This document shows positions 1-9,672 of a stretch of DNA of 61,985 bases, piece by piece; position 1 is the first letter of the stretch; the number at the start of each line of letters is the position of its first letter. The notes under the pieces were generated by a model that saw nothing but the letters and a program-made list of their open reading frames with translations, did not search any database and was not told the DNA's origin. The translations under genes and the position numbers were made by a program. Origin of the DNA: a virus (taxonomy: Duplodnaviria; Caudoviricetes); IMG/VR virus record IMGVR_UViG_3300037483_001239, positions 1 through 61,985 of that record. One strand, given 5' to 3'.

Positions 1-126
1 GGCAACTGAAGAAGTACCACGATCCGGAGGGGCGTGCCTGGTTAGTGGTGGTGGAGCCCGACATCGGGCTGGGCGTCCCGGAGCTTCTCCTCCCGAGCGT
101 GTACTCGTGCTTCGACGTGCAGTTGA
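1..126. repeat. Terminal direct repeat (assembly overlap) identical to 61839-61964; indicates a circular/complete phage contig
   Basis: ggcaactgaagaag...cgtgcagttga occurs at 1-126 and 61839-61964; the ORF reads through the junction. Confidence 0.95.
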
Positions 127-494
127 CCACGACGCAGGGAGAAGGCTGGGGCCTGACGACGATGGAAGGGATGGCCTGCGGGGTGCCTCAGATCGTCCCG
201 AATTGGTCCGGCCTCGGAGAATGGGCGATTCCTGCAGCCATGGAAGTTCCGTGCTACGACACCTCCGTGACCCCGAACCGGATCAATGTGATCGGAGGAG
301 TGCCGGATCGTCTGAGGACGGTTACGGCGTTGGACTGGTGTTATCGGGACTGGAAGCGTCAGGGAGAGAAGCTAGCCGGCATGCGGGATAGGGGGTTGCG
401 CCTTGTCTCCGACCCGAAGTACCGGTGGGAGGCCATCGGTCAGGCATATGCCGATCTCTTCGATCAGATCCCACTTCGTGAGGAGAGCGTCTGA
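1..494 (+). CDS. C-terminal part of GT4-family glycosyltransferase (starts at 61163, wraps the origin)
   Basis: GT-B motif EGWGLTTMEGMACGVPQI; in frame with the 61163 ORF via the terminal overlap. Confidence 0.85.
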   Translation, partial: QLKKYHDPEGRAWLVVVEPDIGLGVPELLLPSVYSCFDVQLTTTQGEGWGLTTMEGMACGVPQIVPNWSGLGEWAIPAAMEVPCYDTSVTPNRINVIGGVPDRLRTVTALDWCYRDWKRQGEKLAGMRDRGLRLVSDPKYRWEAIGQAYADLFDQIPLREESV

Positions 495-916
495 TGGCTG
501 GACCTCGTCTGAAACTGAAGGGGGTTCCTGAGTTCACGAACTCGGTCAAGCTCCTTGCTGCGGCATTTCCGAGGGCGGCTCGGAAGGGCCTGTACATGGG
601 GCTCGAGTTTGTCATGACCGATTCGAAGCGGAACTACGTCCCCGTGAAGGATGGAATTCTTCGGGCCTCCGGATTCATCCTCATGCACAAGACCAAGATC
701 TCTGCGGAGATCGGCTTTGGTGGGCCCGCCGGAAACGGGAACATGGGAGGAGAAACGAACGCGGTGGACGTTGGCTACGCCGCGGTCCAACACGAGAATC
801 TCGACTTCCAGCATAAAGTCGGAGAAGCGAAGTTCTTGGAGAGGCCCCTCTTCGCGGGGATCCCGATGATCGGTCAGGTGATCTCCGAGACGATCCGAAA
901 GGAAGGACTCCGATGA
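494..916 (+). CDS. Neck/tail-completion protein (HK97 gp10-like)
   Basis: VPVKDGILRAS...YAAVQHE...AKFLERP pattern; position before tail terminator. Confidence 0.7.
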   Translation: MAGPRLKLKGVPEFTNSVKLLAAAFPRAARKGLYMGLEFVMTDSKRNYVPVKDGILRASGFILMHKTKISAEIGFGGPAGNGNMGGETNAVDVGYAAVQHENLDFQHKVGEAKFLERPLFAGIPMIGQVISETIRKEGLR

Positions 917-1338
917 GCGCGAAGTACCTTTCGATCACCCCGATGCTACCGTACGACCTTGGGGTTGATGATCAGGGTCGGGCAAAATGCCAGTTCAATC
1001 TCTCCGCGGAGAAGACGGCGTCGACCGGGGGGAAGAGCGTCGAGGAAGAGCTGGTCAAGATCCTGGAGACGGCGGGAGTTGTCGTGTCGACAGGAGCAGG
1101 GAGGAACGTCTTCGTCGGGACCAACGCTCAGATCCCGTCAGGAGGGGGCCCGTACGTCTCGATCATCATCACGAGTGGACTCTCCGGTCTGAAGACACAT
1201 AACGATCAGGGGACAGCGTATGAACGCCCGACAGCTCTGATCGTCGTACGTGCGACGGACTACGCTGTCGCGAGAGCCAAAGCGAGGGCGGCCTACGACG
1301 TCCTCGACAAGGTCCGGAACCAGGTCGTCACTCCGTAG
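913..1338 (+). CDS. Tail terminator-like protein
   Basis: ERPTALIVVRATDY...ARAAYDVL pattern; sits between neck and tail tube genes. Confidence 0.6.
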   Translation: MSAKYLSITPMLPYDLGVDDQGRAKCQFNLSAEKTASTGGKSVEEELVKILETAGVVVSTGAGRNVFVGTNAQIPSGGGPYVSIIITSGLSGLKTHNDQGTAYERPTALIVVRATDYAVARAKARAAYDVLDKVRNQVVTP

Positions 1339-1357
1339 GGGAAAGGACTGAAGCCAA

Positions 1358-1777
1358 ATGCCCAATGCAATCTCGGCTCAGGGAACGCTGATCGCACGTG
1401 CCCCGGCCGCCACACCTAGCGTTTTCACAACGATCGGCGAGCTCCGCGACATCACGCCTCCGCCGTTGACCCGAAACACGATCGAGACGACTTCGCACAA
1501 CGAGGAGGAGGAGTCGTTCGTCGTCGGCATCCGGAGGAAGGGCGAGCTCGGGTTCCAGATCGGGTGGGTCCCGACGCTGGCGACCCACAACCACACCGCG
1601 GGGCTGATCTACGCCTGGCGGCAGGGGAGCAGAGACGTCTACCGGATCACGTATCCGGACGGCAGCCAGTGGCTGTTCTCGGGGTACGTGACGAACGTCG
1701 GACCGGAGGCGCCGGTCGACGGCGGTCTGACGGCTGCGGTCAGCGTCCGGCCGACCGGGCTCATGTCGTTCGTCTAG
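1358..1777 (+). CDS. Major tail tube protein
   Basis: IGELRDITPP..TRNTIETTSH; YRITYPDGSQWLFSGYVT lambda-V-like signature. Confidence 0.85.
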   Translation: MPNAISAQGTLIARAPAATPSVFTTIGELRDITPPPLTRNTIETTSHNEEEESFVVGIRRKGELGFQIGWVPTLATHNHTAGLIYAWRQGSRDVYRITYPDGSQWLFSGYVTNVGPEAPVDGGLTAAVSVRPTGLMSFV

Positions 1778-1794
1778 ACGGAAGGGCCGTGTGA

Positions 1795-2196
1795 ATGAGG
1801 ATGACAATCCCGGGCGTGAAACCGCCCAAGGAGGGACTCGTGGGTGAAGAGAAGGTCGTGAAGTTCCTGACGGCGAAGGAGATTCTGGAGGTGAACGACC
1901 TCCAAGTGACGGTCGTCGACGTTCCGGAGTGGGGCGGGTCGGTTCGGCTCCGTCCGATGACGGCGGAGGAGGCGATCGAGTATAACGAGACGGGAGACCC
2001 CTCCTCGAAGAAGCACGCGGCGGTGCGACTCGCCGCTCTGTGCATCGTCGACGAGGACGGGGATCCGATGTTCACTCCGGATCAGGTCGCGGTCTTGTCC
2101 AAGAAGAGCCTCGCGGCGTTCATGCGGGTGCAGCGTGTCGCGATGGAGATCAACGGACTCAACACGAAGGGAGCCGCTGAAGCAAAAAACGTCTGA
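1795..2196 (+). CDS. Tail assembly chaperone (G)
   Basis: VDVPEWGGSVRLRPMT motif; between tail tube and tape measure; ends in a slippery site. Confidence 0.85.
   Translation: MRMTIPGVKPPKEGLVGEEKVVKFLTAKEILEVNDLQVTVVDVPEWGGSVRLRPMTAEEAIEYNETGDPSSKKHAAVRLAALCIVDEDGDPMFTPDQVAVLSKKSLAAFMRVQRVAMEINGLNTKGAAEAKNV
2184..2190 (+). other. Programmed -1 frameshift slippery site A AAA AAC (G-T fusion)
   Basis: gcA AAA AAC gtc TGA; the -1 frame is open and joins ORF 2235-2576. Confidence 0.85.
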
Positions 2197-2576
2197 GGCG
2201 GGGTTCTGCGCGGCGCTTTGCGTATCGCCTCGCCATGGCGCTTGGAGAGTATAACGTCGACCGCATGCTCCGGAGAATGACCTGGAAGCAGTTTGTGGAG
2301 TGGCAGGTCTTTGACAGGTTGGAGCCGTTCGGGCCGGAGCGTGCGGATCAACGGGCCGGAGCCTTGATCATGGTGTTGGCGAACGCCCACCGTGATAGTA
2401 AGAGGAAGTCGACAGCGTGGACACTCGCGGAGTGTATCCCAATGTTCGGGGATTCGGAGGTCCCGAAGAAGGCACCGATGGATTGGCGTGCGATGAAAGC
2501 GCTGGCGATGGAGATGGTCGGAGACAGCCAGAAGAAACGTAAGACGGAACGCGTGATCGGCCGGAAGCTCAGGTGA
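2190..2576 (+). CDS. Tail assembly chaperone GT extension (-1 frame)
   Basis: EWQVFDRLEPFGPERADQRAG typical of T-like extensions. Confidence 0.8.
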   Translation, partial: RLRRGSARRFAYRLAMALGEYNVDRMLRRMTWKQFVEWQVFDRLEPFGPERADQRAGALIMVLANAHRDSKRKSTAWTLAECIPMFGDSEVPKKAPMDWRAMKALAMEMVGDSQKKRKTERVIGRKLR

Positions 2577-2586
2577 GAGGCAGAGA

Positions 2587-5064
2587 ATGGCGATAGGCCT
2601 TGGGACGATCAGCGGGACCATCGAACTCGAGGACAAGTTCTCAAAGGCTCTCGAGGACTTGACGAGGAGTACCCTCTCGTCGATGGGGAGTCTGGGCTCG
2701 GCGATTACCGGCGTCGCCGCGTCCTTCGTCTTGGCGGAGAAGGGAATCTCCTTCTTTGTCAATGCGGTGAGTGGGGCGGTCGCGGAAGTCGTTCAGCTCG
2801 CCGCGAAGGCGGAACAGCTACAGAATAAGTCCCTGACGACCGGGATGACGACAGGCGCGATTCAGAGCCTCCAGCGCTTGTCGGAGAACGCCGGGTTGTC
2901 CGCGGACGCGGTGACGTTCTCGGTTTCGAGAATGCAGAGGAGCCTCGCTGCGGGAGGAGACAACTTCCGGAAGGCCGGGCTCGACGCACAGGCGTTGCTC
3001 AAGCTGGGGACGTCTGACCAGCTGAAGGCGGTTGCCGATCGGATCATGGCGATCGAGAATCCCGCGCAGCGGACCGCCGCCGCGATGGAGATCTTCGGGA
3101 GGGGTGGACAACAGCTGCTCCCTGTTCTCAAGCAGTTGGCGGAGGGGAACGAGGCTCTGAAGATCAGTCTTTCCGATGCACAGATCGAGGCCTTGGGAAA
3201 CCTCGACGACGCGATCGATGACATGACCGGGTCGTGGACGGACATGAAAGAGCAGTTCTTCGCGGTGCTCGGATCGTCGCCGGAGTTCGTGGGGGCACTG
3301 AAGAGTATTACCGCCGGCCTCCAGGACATGATGGTTTTCACCGGGCTCGTTGCCTCCGGCATTGCGATGATCTCGAGGGAGGTGGACCGGCTGTTGAGCA
3401 AGCCTCGAGACGTCATGGAGGTTTGGTTCGGCGCAGAGCTGGACATGCCTGACATCGGAAAGGCGACGAAGAAGAGCGTTGGGAAGTTCGGAGCAGCGGG
3501 AGGGGGCCCTGCCCTCGGTCTTCCGACTGCGGAGGAAGCCCTGGGGATGATGAACGTCGCCGATCTGAAGAAGGGGATCGGCTCGATCGAGGAACAGGCG
3601 AAGGCTCTAGACAAGCTGATTGACAAACAGGAGAAGGCCGCGAAGGCTGCTGCAGCTCATGGGAAAGAGATGCGGACTCTGACCTTCGCGATTGACGGGC
3701 AGGCGTTCTCCTTGGCCCAAGCAACGACTTCCCTCGACAAGCATCTCGCGACGTGGATCGATTTCAAGCCCGTGGACCTGACCAAGGATCTCCTCGACCT
3801 GAACAAGGCGCTGGGACAGGGCCCTGAGATGGGAGCGGATATTCTCGGAGGGGTGATTTCCCGTGGGAAGAGGGGTGCGGAGCAGGCTCTTGACGATCTC
3901 CAGTTGGGGTCGCGCCTGACAAAGTCCCTCGGCGAGGGTATGAAGGACCTGCCCAATGTCATGCTCGCGGCGATCCAGGGAGGTGGGGACGTCTTCAAGG
4001 CGATGGGTGCGAGCATCGGTGGAGACATCGGGAGCGAGCTCGGAAAGGATCTAGCGAAGTCTATCGGCGGGAAGCTGGGCTCCGCCCTCGGATCGCTTGC
4101 CGGACCCCTCGGGTCTCTCGCGGGGAGTCTCGCCGGAGGCTTGATCGACAAGCTCGGGATCGGTGGGAACAAGGTCATCATGCAGGTCAATGACATGCGT
4201 GATTCCTTCTTCGAGGCGAGAGGAGGGTTCATCGAGCTCCAGAAGCAGCTGCAAGGGTTGACAAACCAAGACCTGGTCAAGCAGATCTTCGACGCGAAGA
4301 CGGTTGACGAGTTCAATGCCTCGATCAAGGAGGTGAATGACCTTCTCGATGCGCAGGCTCAGAGCCAGCAAGCGCTGCAGGCGGCGATCGAGGAGTACGG
4401 GATCTCGGTCGAAGAGCTCGGGCCGAAGTTCGCACAGCAGCAGATGGACGAGAGGGCGCAGAAGCTGTTCCAGGATTTCCAGCTTCTTATGGCCGCGACA
4501 GACGACGTGAACCTGGTCATCTCGAAGATGGGTCCGTCGTTGAACGAGTTCGTGAGTTCCTCGATCGCAGCAGGGACGACGATTCCCGAGGCGATGCGCC
4601 CGATCGTCGAGGAACTGATCAAGAGCGGACAGCTCTTGGACGAGAACGGGGAAGCGTACAAGTCGACGGAGGAGGCGGGGATCACCTTCGCGCAGTCGAT
4701 GTCCGAGCAGTTCACGACGCTCATCGACAAGCTGGATACGTGGATCTCCATGCTGCTGGGGATTCCAAAGGATATCCAGACGAATGTTACGGTCAACACG
4801 AAGAGGACCGGGGACAGTGAAGAGCTTCCTGGGCCTCCCGGAGATCGGGACAACGATCCGGTAACGCCTTTTGCCACAGGCGGGATTGTCACTCAACCGA
4901 CGTTGGGACTTGTTGCTGAGGCCGGTGCAGAGGCGATCATCCCGTTGGACAAGGCCTCGGCGATGCTGGGCTCGGGTGAATCTCGAATCAACGCGGGGGA
5001 CCTGAAGATGCTCGTCAAGCAGATGACGAAGGCGCTTCGTGATGCGATGATCCAGGCACAGTGA
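2587..5064 (+). CDS. Tape measure protein
   Basis: 825 aa Ala/Gly-rich helical; C-terminal FATGGIVTQPTLGLVAEAGAEAIIPL. Confidence 0.9.
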   Translation: MAIGLGTISGTIELEDKFSKALEDLTRSTLSSMGSLGSAITGVAASFVLAEKGISFFVNAVSGAVAEVVQLAAKAEQLQNKSLTTGMTTGAIQSLQRLSENAGLSADAVTFSVSRMQRSLAAGGDNFRKAGLDAQALLKLGTSDQLKAVADRIMAIENPAQRTAAAMEIFGRGGQQLLPVLKQLAEGNEALKISLSDAQIEALGNLDDAIDDMTGSWTDMKEQFFAVLGSSPEFVGALKSITAGLQDMMVFTGLVASGIAMISREVDRLLSKPRDVMEVWFGAELDMPDIGKATKKSVGKFGAAGGGPALGLPTAEEALGMMNVADLKKGIGSIEEQAKALDKLIDKQEKAAKAAAAHGKEMRTLTFAIDGQAFSLAQATTSLDKHLATWIDFKPVDLTKDLLDLNKALGQGPEMGADILGGVISRGKRGAEQALDDLQLGSRLTKSLGEGMKDLPNVMLAAIQGGGDVFKAMGASIGGDIGSELGKDLAKSIGGKLGSALGSLAGPLGSLAGSLAGGLIDKLGIGGNKVIMQVNDMRDSFFEARGGFIELQKQLQGLTNQDLVKQIFDAKTVDEFNASIKEVNDLLDAQAQSQQALQAAIEEYGISVEELGPKFAQQQMDERAQKLFQDFQLLMAATDDVNLVISKMGPSLNEFVSSSIAAGTTIPEAMRPIVEELIKSGQLLDENGEAYKSTEEAGITFAQSMSEQFTTLIDKLDTWISMLLGIPKDIQTNVTVNTKRTGDSEELPGPPGDRDNDPVTPFATGGIVTQPTLGLVAEAGAEAIIPLDKASAMLGSGESRINAGDLKMLVKQMTKALRDAMIQAQ

Positions 5065-7169
5065 TGGCACACGACCCTGTGTTCCCGGAGGAGGTCCGGA
5101 TCGACGCGTTCATGCGGAAGCTTATTCATTGGACGGACCCTGTCAACGTGGACATTGATACGGGGCCGTTCACCTCCGGGGACATCGTCGCGACGGGCAC
5201 TCCGGGGTCGGCACGGTCCATCGCGACGGCTGTCGACGGTGACAGATGCTACGTGGAGTTCGTAGCTGGGGCTCCCGCCGCGAGCACTGGTCGAGAGATG
5301 GGGTTGACCGATGACTTCGATGGTCTGTACACGAGTATCGACTTCGGCATCCACATTGCTCCTACCGGGGGTTGGAACGTCATCGAAGACGGGACGACAA
5401 TGCTTGCGGGGCCGGTGGAAGTAGTCGCGGGAGACGTCTTCCGGGTCGAAGCGGCGAACGGGGTCGTCAAGTACTATCGGAATTCGGTCCTCCGGTACAC
5501 GTCCACGGTGGCCCCGACCTACCCCCTGTTCGCAGCGGCAGCCCTCCTAGGGAATGACGCACGATTCGAAGGGGTGATATTCGCGCAGTGGCTGGAGATC
5601 CCTGATGTCCAGTTGACTCCCGCCATCTCGATTTCGAGGGGGAATGACGGGACCAGTCAGAAGGATCGAGTCGCGGAGACCGGGACAATGTCCTTCGCTC
5701 TGGACAATTCCGAAGACAACTCTGCCGGGCTGCTCGGACTCTACTCCTCCCCGAACAACGTGAATGTTCTGGAGGGGTGGGAGGTCGGGATCGATGTCAG
5801 GTGTATTGTTGCCTACGCTGGCGTCGACGAGCCCGTCTTCTATGGAACGATCGAGGATATTGTTCCAGGCTCCGGGAAGTTCCGCGAGCGGAAGGTCAGT
5901 GTGTCGTGTGTGGACTGGATGGATGAAGCCGCAACCGCGAAGGTTCGAGGGTTGCAAGTCCAGCTGAACAAGCGCTCGGACGAGGTCTTTACGGTCCTGA
6001 TCAACAGTGTTCCGCGACAGCCTGGCGGCGGATACATCGCGCAGATCGGGGGAGATATCTACCCGTACGCCCTTGACAATGCGTTCGAGGGGGAAGTCAA
6101 CGTGATGTCGGAGTTCCAGAGACTGGTCCAGTCGGAGCTCGGACGGGTGTATGTCCGCCGGGATGGAGTCGCCGTCTTTGAATCCCGGCACAAGCGCCCG
6201 AATCTCTTCACCCTGTCCCTGACAATGACCGACGAAGACATCGATGAGTTGGATACTGGGCGGGGGCGATCCGACATTATCAACCATGCTGAGGTCCAGG
6301 CACATCCCCGACGCGTCGATGCGGCGGCGACGTCCGTTCTCTTCACGCTTGCGTCGAAGCCGAGGATCGAGAGGAATACTCCTCTGACGTTGAACGTTCT
6401 TTTTCGAGACCCGGATGCTCGAGCGACGAGGGTCGGAGGGACGAATCTTGTCCAGCCTGTGGCCACAACCGATTACATGTTCAACACGCTGGAGAGTGGA
6501 GCGGGAACGGACGTCACCTCGCAGTTGACGGTTGTCGGAACCTTCAGCGCGAATGGTGGAGAGGTAGTCGTCACGAATAATGGACCTTCTGACGGGTACC
6601 TCACCAAGCTCCAGTGCCGTGGAAGGGGGATCTACGACTACGAAACGATCCTCGCGAAGGCGGACAGCGCCGCGTCGAAGGAGAAGTACGGGGAACGCTC
6701 CTTTCCGTTGGACATGCCGTATCAGAATGATTTGAACGTGGCGAAGGACGCGGCGGAGTTCGTGGTTCAACAGTCGAAGGCTCTCCTCACGCAGGTGAAG
6801 GGAGTCTCGTTCTTCGCGAACCGGGAAGACCGCCTGCTGCTCGCTGCTCTACAGTTGGATGTCAGCGCGAAGATCCATCTCGACGAGACGGTAGTCGGGA
6901 ACGAGCCGTTCACTCCTGTCGGGGAGGATGTTCAAGAGGTCACGGTGGTCGAGTTTTTCATCAACTCTGTCCAGATGGAGATCGGAGAACGGGGAGTGAT
7001 CAAGTGTCAGTGGGCGTTGGAGCCCGCCGACCCGTTCAACTACTGGATTCTTGAACGGGATGGATTCACCGAGCTTGGGCAGACGACTCGTCTGGCCTAT
7101 GGCTCCTTCATCGCAGGGTGGGTGCTGAACGATAGCGTGCTCGGCACCGGAACGAGGGTGAACCAGTAA
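5061..7169 (+). CDS. Tail tip / baseplate hub-like protein
   Basis: 702 aa beta-rich directly after TMP; hub-like segments (ISISRG, ELGRVYVRRDGVAVFESR, IINHAEV). Confidence 0.7.
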   Translation: MMAHDPVFPEEVRIDAFMRKLIHWTDPVNVDIDTGPFTSGDIVATGTPGSARSIATAVDGDRCYVEFVAGAPAASTGREMGLTDDFDGLYTSIDFGIHIAPTGGWNVIEDGTTMLAGPVEVVAGDVFRVEAANGVVKYYRNSVLRYTSTVAPTYPLFAAAALLGNDARFEGVIFAQWLEIPDVQLTPAISISRGNDGTSQKDRVAETGTMSFALDNSEDNSAGLLGLYSSPNNVNVLEGWEVGIDVRCIVAYAGVDEPVFYGTIEDIVPGSGKFRERKVSVSCVDWMDEAATAKVRGLQVQLNKRSDEVFTVLINSVPRQPGGGYIAQIGGDIYPYALDNAFEGEVNVMSEFQRLVQSELGRVYVRRDGVAVFESRHKRPNLFTLSLTMTDEDIDELDTGRGRSDIINHAEVQAHPRRVDAAATSVLFTLASKPRIERNTPLTLNVLFRDPDARATRVGGTNLVQPVATTDYMFNTLESGAGTDVTSQLTVVGTFSANGGEVVVTNNGPSDGYLTKLQCRGRGIYDYETILAKADSAASKEKYGERSFPLDMPYQNDLNVAKDAAEFVVQQSKALLTQVKGVSFFANREDRLLLAALQLDVSAKIHLDETVVGNEPFTPVGEDVQEVTVVEFFINSVQMEIGERGVIKCQWALEPADPFNYWILERDGFTELGQTTRLAYGSFIAGWVLNDSVLGTGTRVNQ

Positions 7170-7459
7170 TGGCTTGGACGATTCCACGGACGTGGCTCGC
7201 CGGGGAGATGGTCAAGGAGGGGGACCTCAACGCTCAGATCCGGGACAACATGCTCTTGTTGGCGACTCCGATTGATACTGCGACGGGGAAGATCTCCGCG
7301 TTGTCCGGGACGACCCTCGCGAATCTGAGTGGAGCGAATCTGACGGGCGTCGCGAAGACCGCGGCTGCAAACTCGTACACGGCGGGGGTCAACAACTTCA
7401 ATGCAGGGGCGACGACCAGGCTCGTGTTCCCGGTTGGCGCGGACAAGTGGGGGGTGTAA
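7169..7459 (+). CDS. Small tail protein, MAWTxPxTW paralog 1
   Basis: MAWTIPRTWLAGE..LNAQIRDN; aligns over its length with the N-terminus of the next gene (PVGADKW). Confidence 0.7.
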   Translation: MAWTIPRTWLAGEMVKEGDLNAQIRDNMLLLATPIDTATGKISALSGTTLANLSGANLTGVAKTAAANSYTAGVNNFNAGATTRLVFPVGADKWGV

Positions 7460-7462
7460 CCC

Positions 7463-8347
7463 ATGGCCTGGACCGCTCCTAGGACGTGGGTCGACGGGGA
7501 GGTCCCGACTGCTGCGTTGATGAATCTCCATGTCCGGGACAACGAGCTCGTTCTCAAGACGCCGTTGGGGAGTGACGGACGGATCGTGGCTTTGGACTCG
7601 ACGAGAGTCGCGAGTCTCTCCGGAACGAATCTGACCGGGCTCGTTTTCCTAACGGGGGCTTCCCACACGGTTGGGGTTCAGAGGTTCCTCGACCCGGCCC
7701 GTGTGATTCTTCCCGTCGGAGCGGACAAGTGGACGGGGACTAAGGGGGTGAATGCCGCTGGGGTCTGGATCGAGGGGGACTATCTACATCACATCGCGCA
7801 GGATGTGACGACGGAGTGGAGGTTCTTGGGCGTGCCCGTCGGAACGCCTGCAGGAGCGACAGTCGGGTCCTTCTGGGTGGAGGATGCGTTTCCTCATTAC
7901 ATCGACGCGAGTGGAGTGGAGAGGTACATCATCTCGAATCTTACTCAGCACTCGGATGCCGCGGCGGTGGGAGGGTCCGGCTGGGTCGAGTCGTACGTGC
8001 ATTGGATCCGACAGAGCGGAACGCTGGAGTATGTTGGGCATTACGATGTGCTCCACGCGGACGGTACCACGCACTCCGACCATTCCGATCACTCGGATAG
8101 TGGGGCGCATGACGACTCGTCCGTGCACACGGATACGGGATCACCCCACGATGACAATCCCGGGTTCCATGTCGATCATACGGATGGACCCGGACACGCG
8201 GATATTGATCCGGTTCACACGGATCATACCGATCATACGGACCACGACGATCACTCGGACTCCGGTCCGCACAGTGACTCGAACCCGCACGATGATCATA
8301 CCGACCATGGGGATGTCACCGCCGATTCTCGCCCGGTGGTCGTATGA
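7463..8347 (+). CDS. Tail-fibre-like protein (MAWTxPxTW paralog 2) with C-terminal His-x-Asp repeat region
   Basis: Shared N-terminus; 20 HxD triplets encoded at 8039-8314. Confidence 0.75.
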   Translation: MAWTAPRTWVDGEVPTAALMNLHVRDNELVLKTPLGSDGRIVALDSTRVASLSGTNLTGLVFLTGASHTVGVQRFLDPARVILPVGADKWTGTKGVNAAGVWIEGDYLHHIAQDVTTEWRFLGVPVGTPAGATVGSFWVEDAFPHYIDASGVERYIISNLTQHSDAAAVGGSGWVESYVHWIRQSGTLEYVGHYDVLHADGTTHSDHSDHSDSGAHDDSSVHTDTGSPHDDNPGFHVDHTDGPGHADIDPVHTDHTDHTDHDDHSDSGPHSDSNPHDDHTDHGDVTADSRPVVV

Positions 8348-9672
8348 CGGTCGAGGTGAACCCGGTTGGCCGGAGATGCGGAGCGAAGAACGGGGCATTG
8401 TCGTGTACGTATTGTTACCTTCCTCTCGATGCCCGACTCAACGAGCCGCTCCCGGTGGTTGATCACCTTGCGGTGCAAAAGGTGGTGGCCGGGCTAGTGC
8501 CTAAGGACGGGAGCTTTTCCCTCTTCGGGGGTGAACCCCTCCTCGCTGCGAACGAGGACCTTGAACGGCTTTGGTCCTTCGGGTTGGAGACATACGGGAA
8601 GAATGGCGTGCAGACGGGCGGGAGACCGATCACCGAGAAGCATTTCGAGATGTTCCACAAGTACAAGGTTGCGGTGGGGTTCTCGATTGACGGGCCGGAG
8701 GAGTTGGGAGATGCCCGGTGGGCGGGCTCGACGGAGGAAACGAGAAGGTCAACCGCGTATTCGATCTCGTGTTTGGAACGGTGTTTGAAGGAGGGGATTC
8801 CGGCGGGTCTGATCCTGACCCTTCACAGGAAGAATGCGTCGGCGTCGAAACTTCCGAGGCTCCTCGACTGGCTGCGAGGGCTTGACGGTCAAGGACTGAG
8901 TTCGACCGGCCTTCACCTTCTCGAGCATGATGGTCCTACGCGTTGGCTCGCCTTGAGTGATGAGGAGAACATCGCGGCGGTGCTCGCGTTGTACGAGCTT
9001 CAGAGGAAGAGCAAGACTCTGTCCTTCGATACGATCACCGATATGATCGCGCTTCTGCGGGGACTCGACTCCTGGAAGTGGAAGGACGGGACAGACGCTG
9101 GGGTCAAATGCGTGTGGACCGCGTGCGATCCGATGACAACGCCAGCCGTTCAAGGGGTGGACGCCTCCGGGAATCGGTCTCTTTGTCAGCGCGTGCACAA
9201 GGATGGGATTCCGTGGGGCCCGGCTCAGCCCGGACCTCTTATCCGGCAGCTGACTCTCGCGACGACCCCGCAGGAGAACGGTGGGTGTAAGGGATGCCGG
9301 TTCCTGATCACGTGTAAGGGGCAGTGTCCGGGGACCGCGATCGGTGGGGACTGGAGGAAGAGGAGTCGGGACTGTCGGGTCTGGTACTCGCTCTTCGAGC
9401 ATTTCGAACAGAGGATGCTCGCCGCGAAGGAGATCCCGATCACGATGTGGCCGGACGTGAAACGCGTGGAGGATGTGCTGATGGCCGGATGGGCGGTTGG
9501 CCGGACGATGTCTCTTGTCGATGCAATAGGGTACGTTCTACGAGGGACGGCCGTCTCCCAGACCCGGGTAGGGCACATCGATCATGAAGACCATACCGAT
9601 CACACGGACACGACGAAGGTCTTGACCGGAGGAGAACCGGTCATGGACGGACCAAAGGAGGGTGTGCTGTGA
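8344..9672 (+). CDS. Radical SAM/SPASM-domain protein (peptide-maturase type)
   Basis: C-x8-C-x2-C (CGAKNGALSCTYC), FGGEP, GFSIDG, SPASM-like CKGCRFLITCKGQCPG..C; own C-terminal HIDHEDHTDHTD. Confidence 0.85.
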   Translation: MTVEVNPVGRRCGAKNGALSCTYCYLPLDARLNEPLPVVDHLAVQKVVAGLVPKDGSFSLFGGEPLLAANEDLERLWSFGLETYGKNGVQTGGRPITEKHFEMFHKYKVAVGFSIDGPEELGDARWAGSTEETRRSTAYSISCLERCLKEGIPAGLILTLHRKNASASKLPRLLDWLRGLDGQGLSSTGLHLLEHDGPTRWLALSDEENIAAVLALYELQRKSKTLSFDTITDMIALLRGLDSWKWKDGTDAGVKCVWTACDPMTTPAVQGVDASGNRSLCQRVHKDGIPWGPAQPGPLIRQLTLATTPQENGGCKGCRFLITCKGQCPGTAIGGDWRKRSRDCRVWYSLFEHFEQRMLAAKEIPITMWPDVKRVEDVLMAGWAVGRTMSLVDAIGYVLRGTAVSQTRVGHIDHEDHTDHTDTTKVLTGGEPVMDGPKEGVL

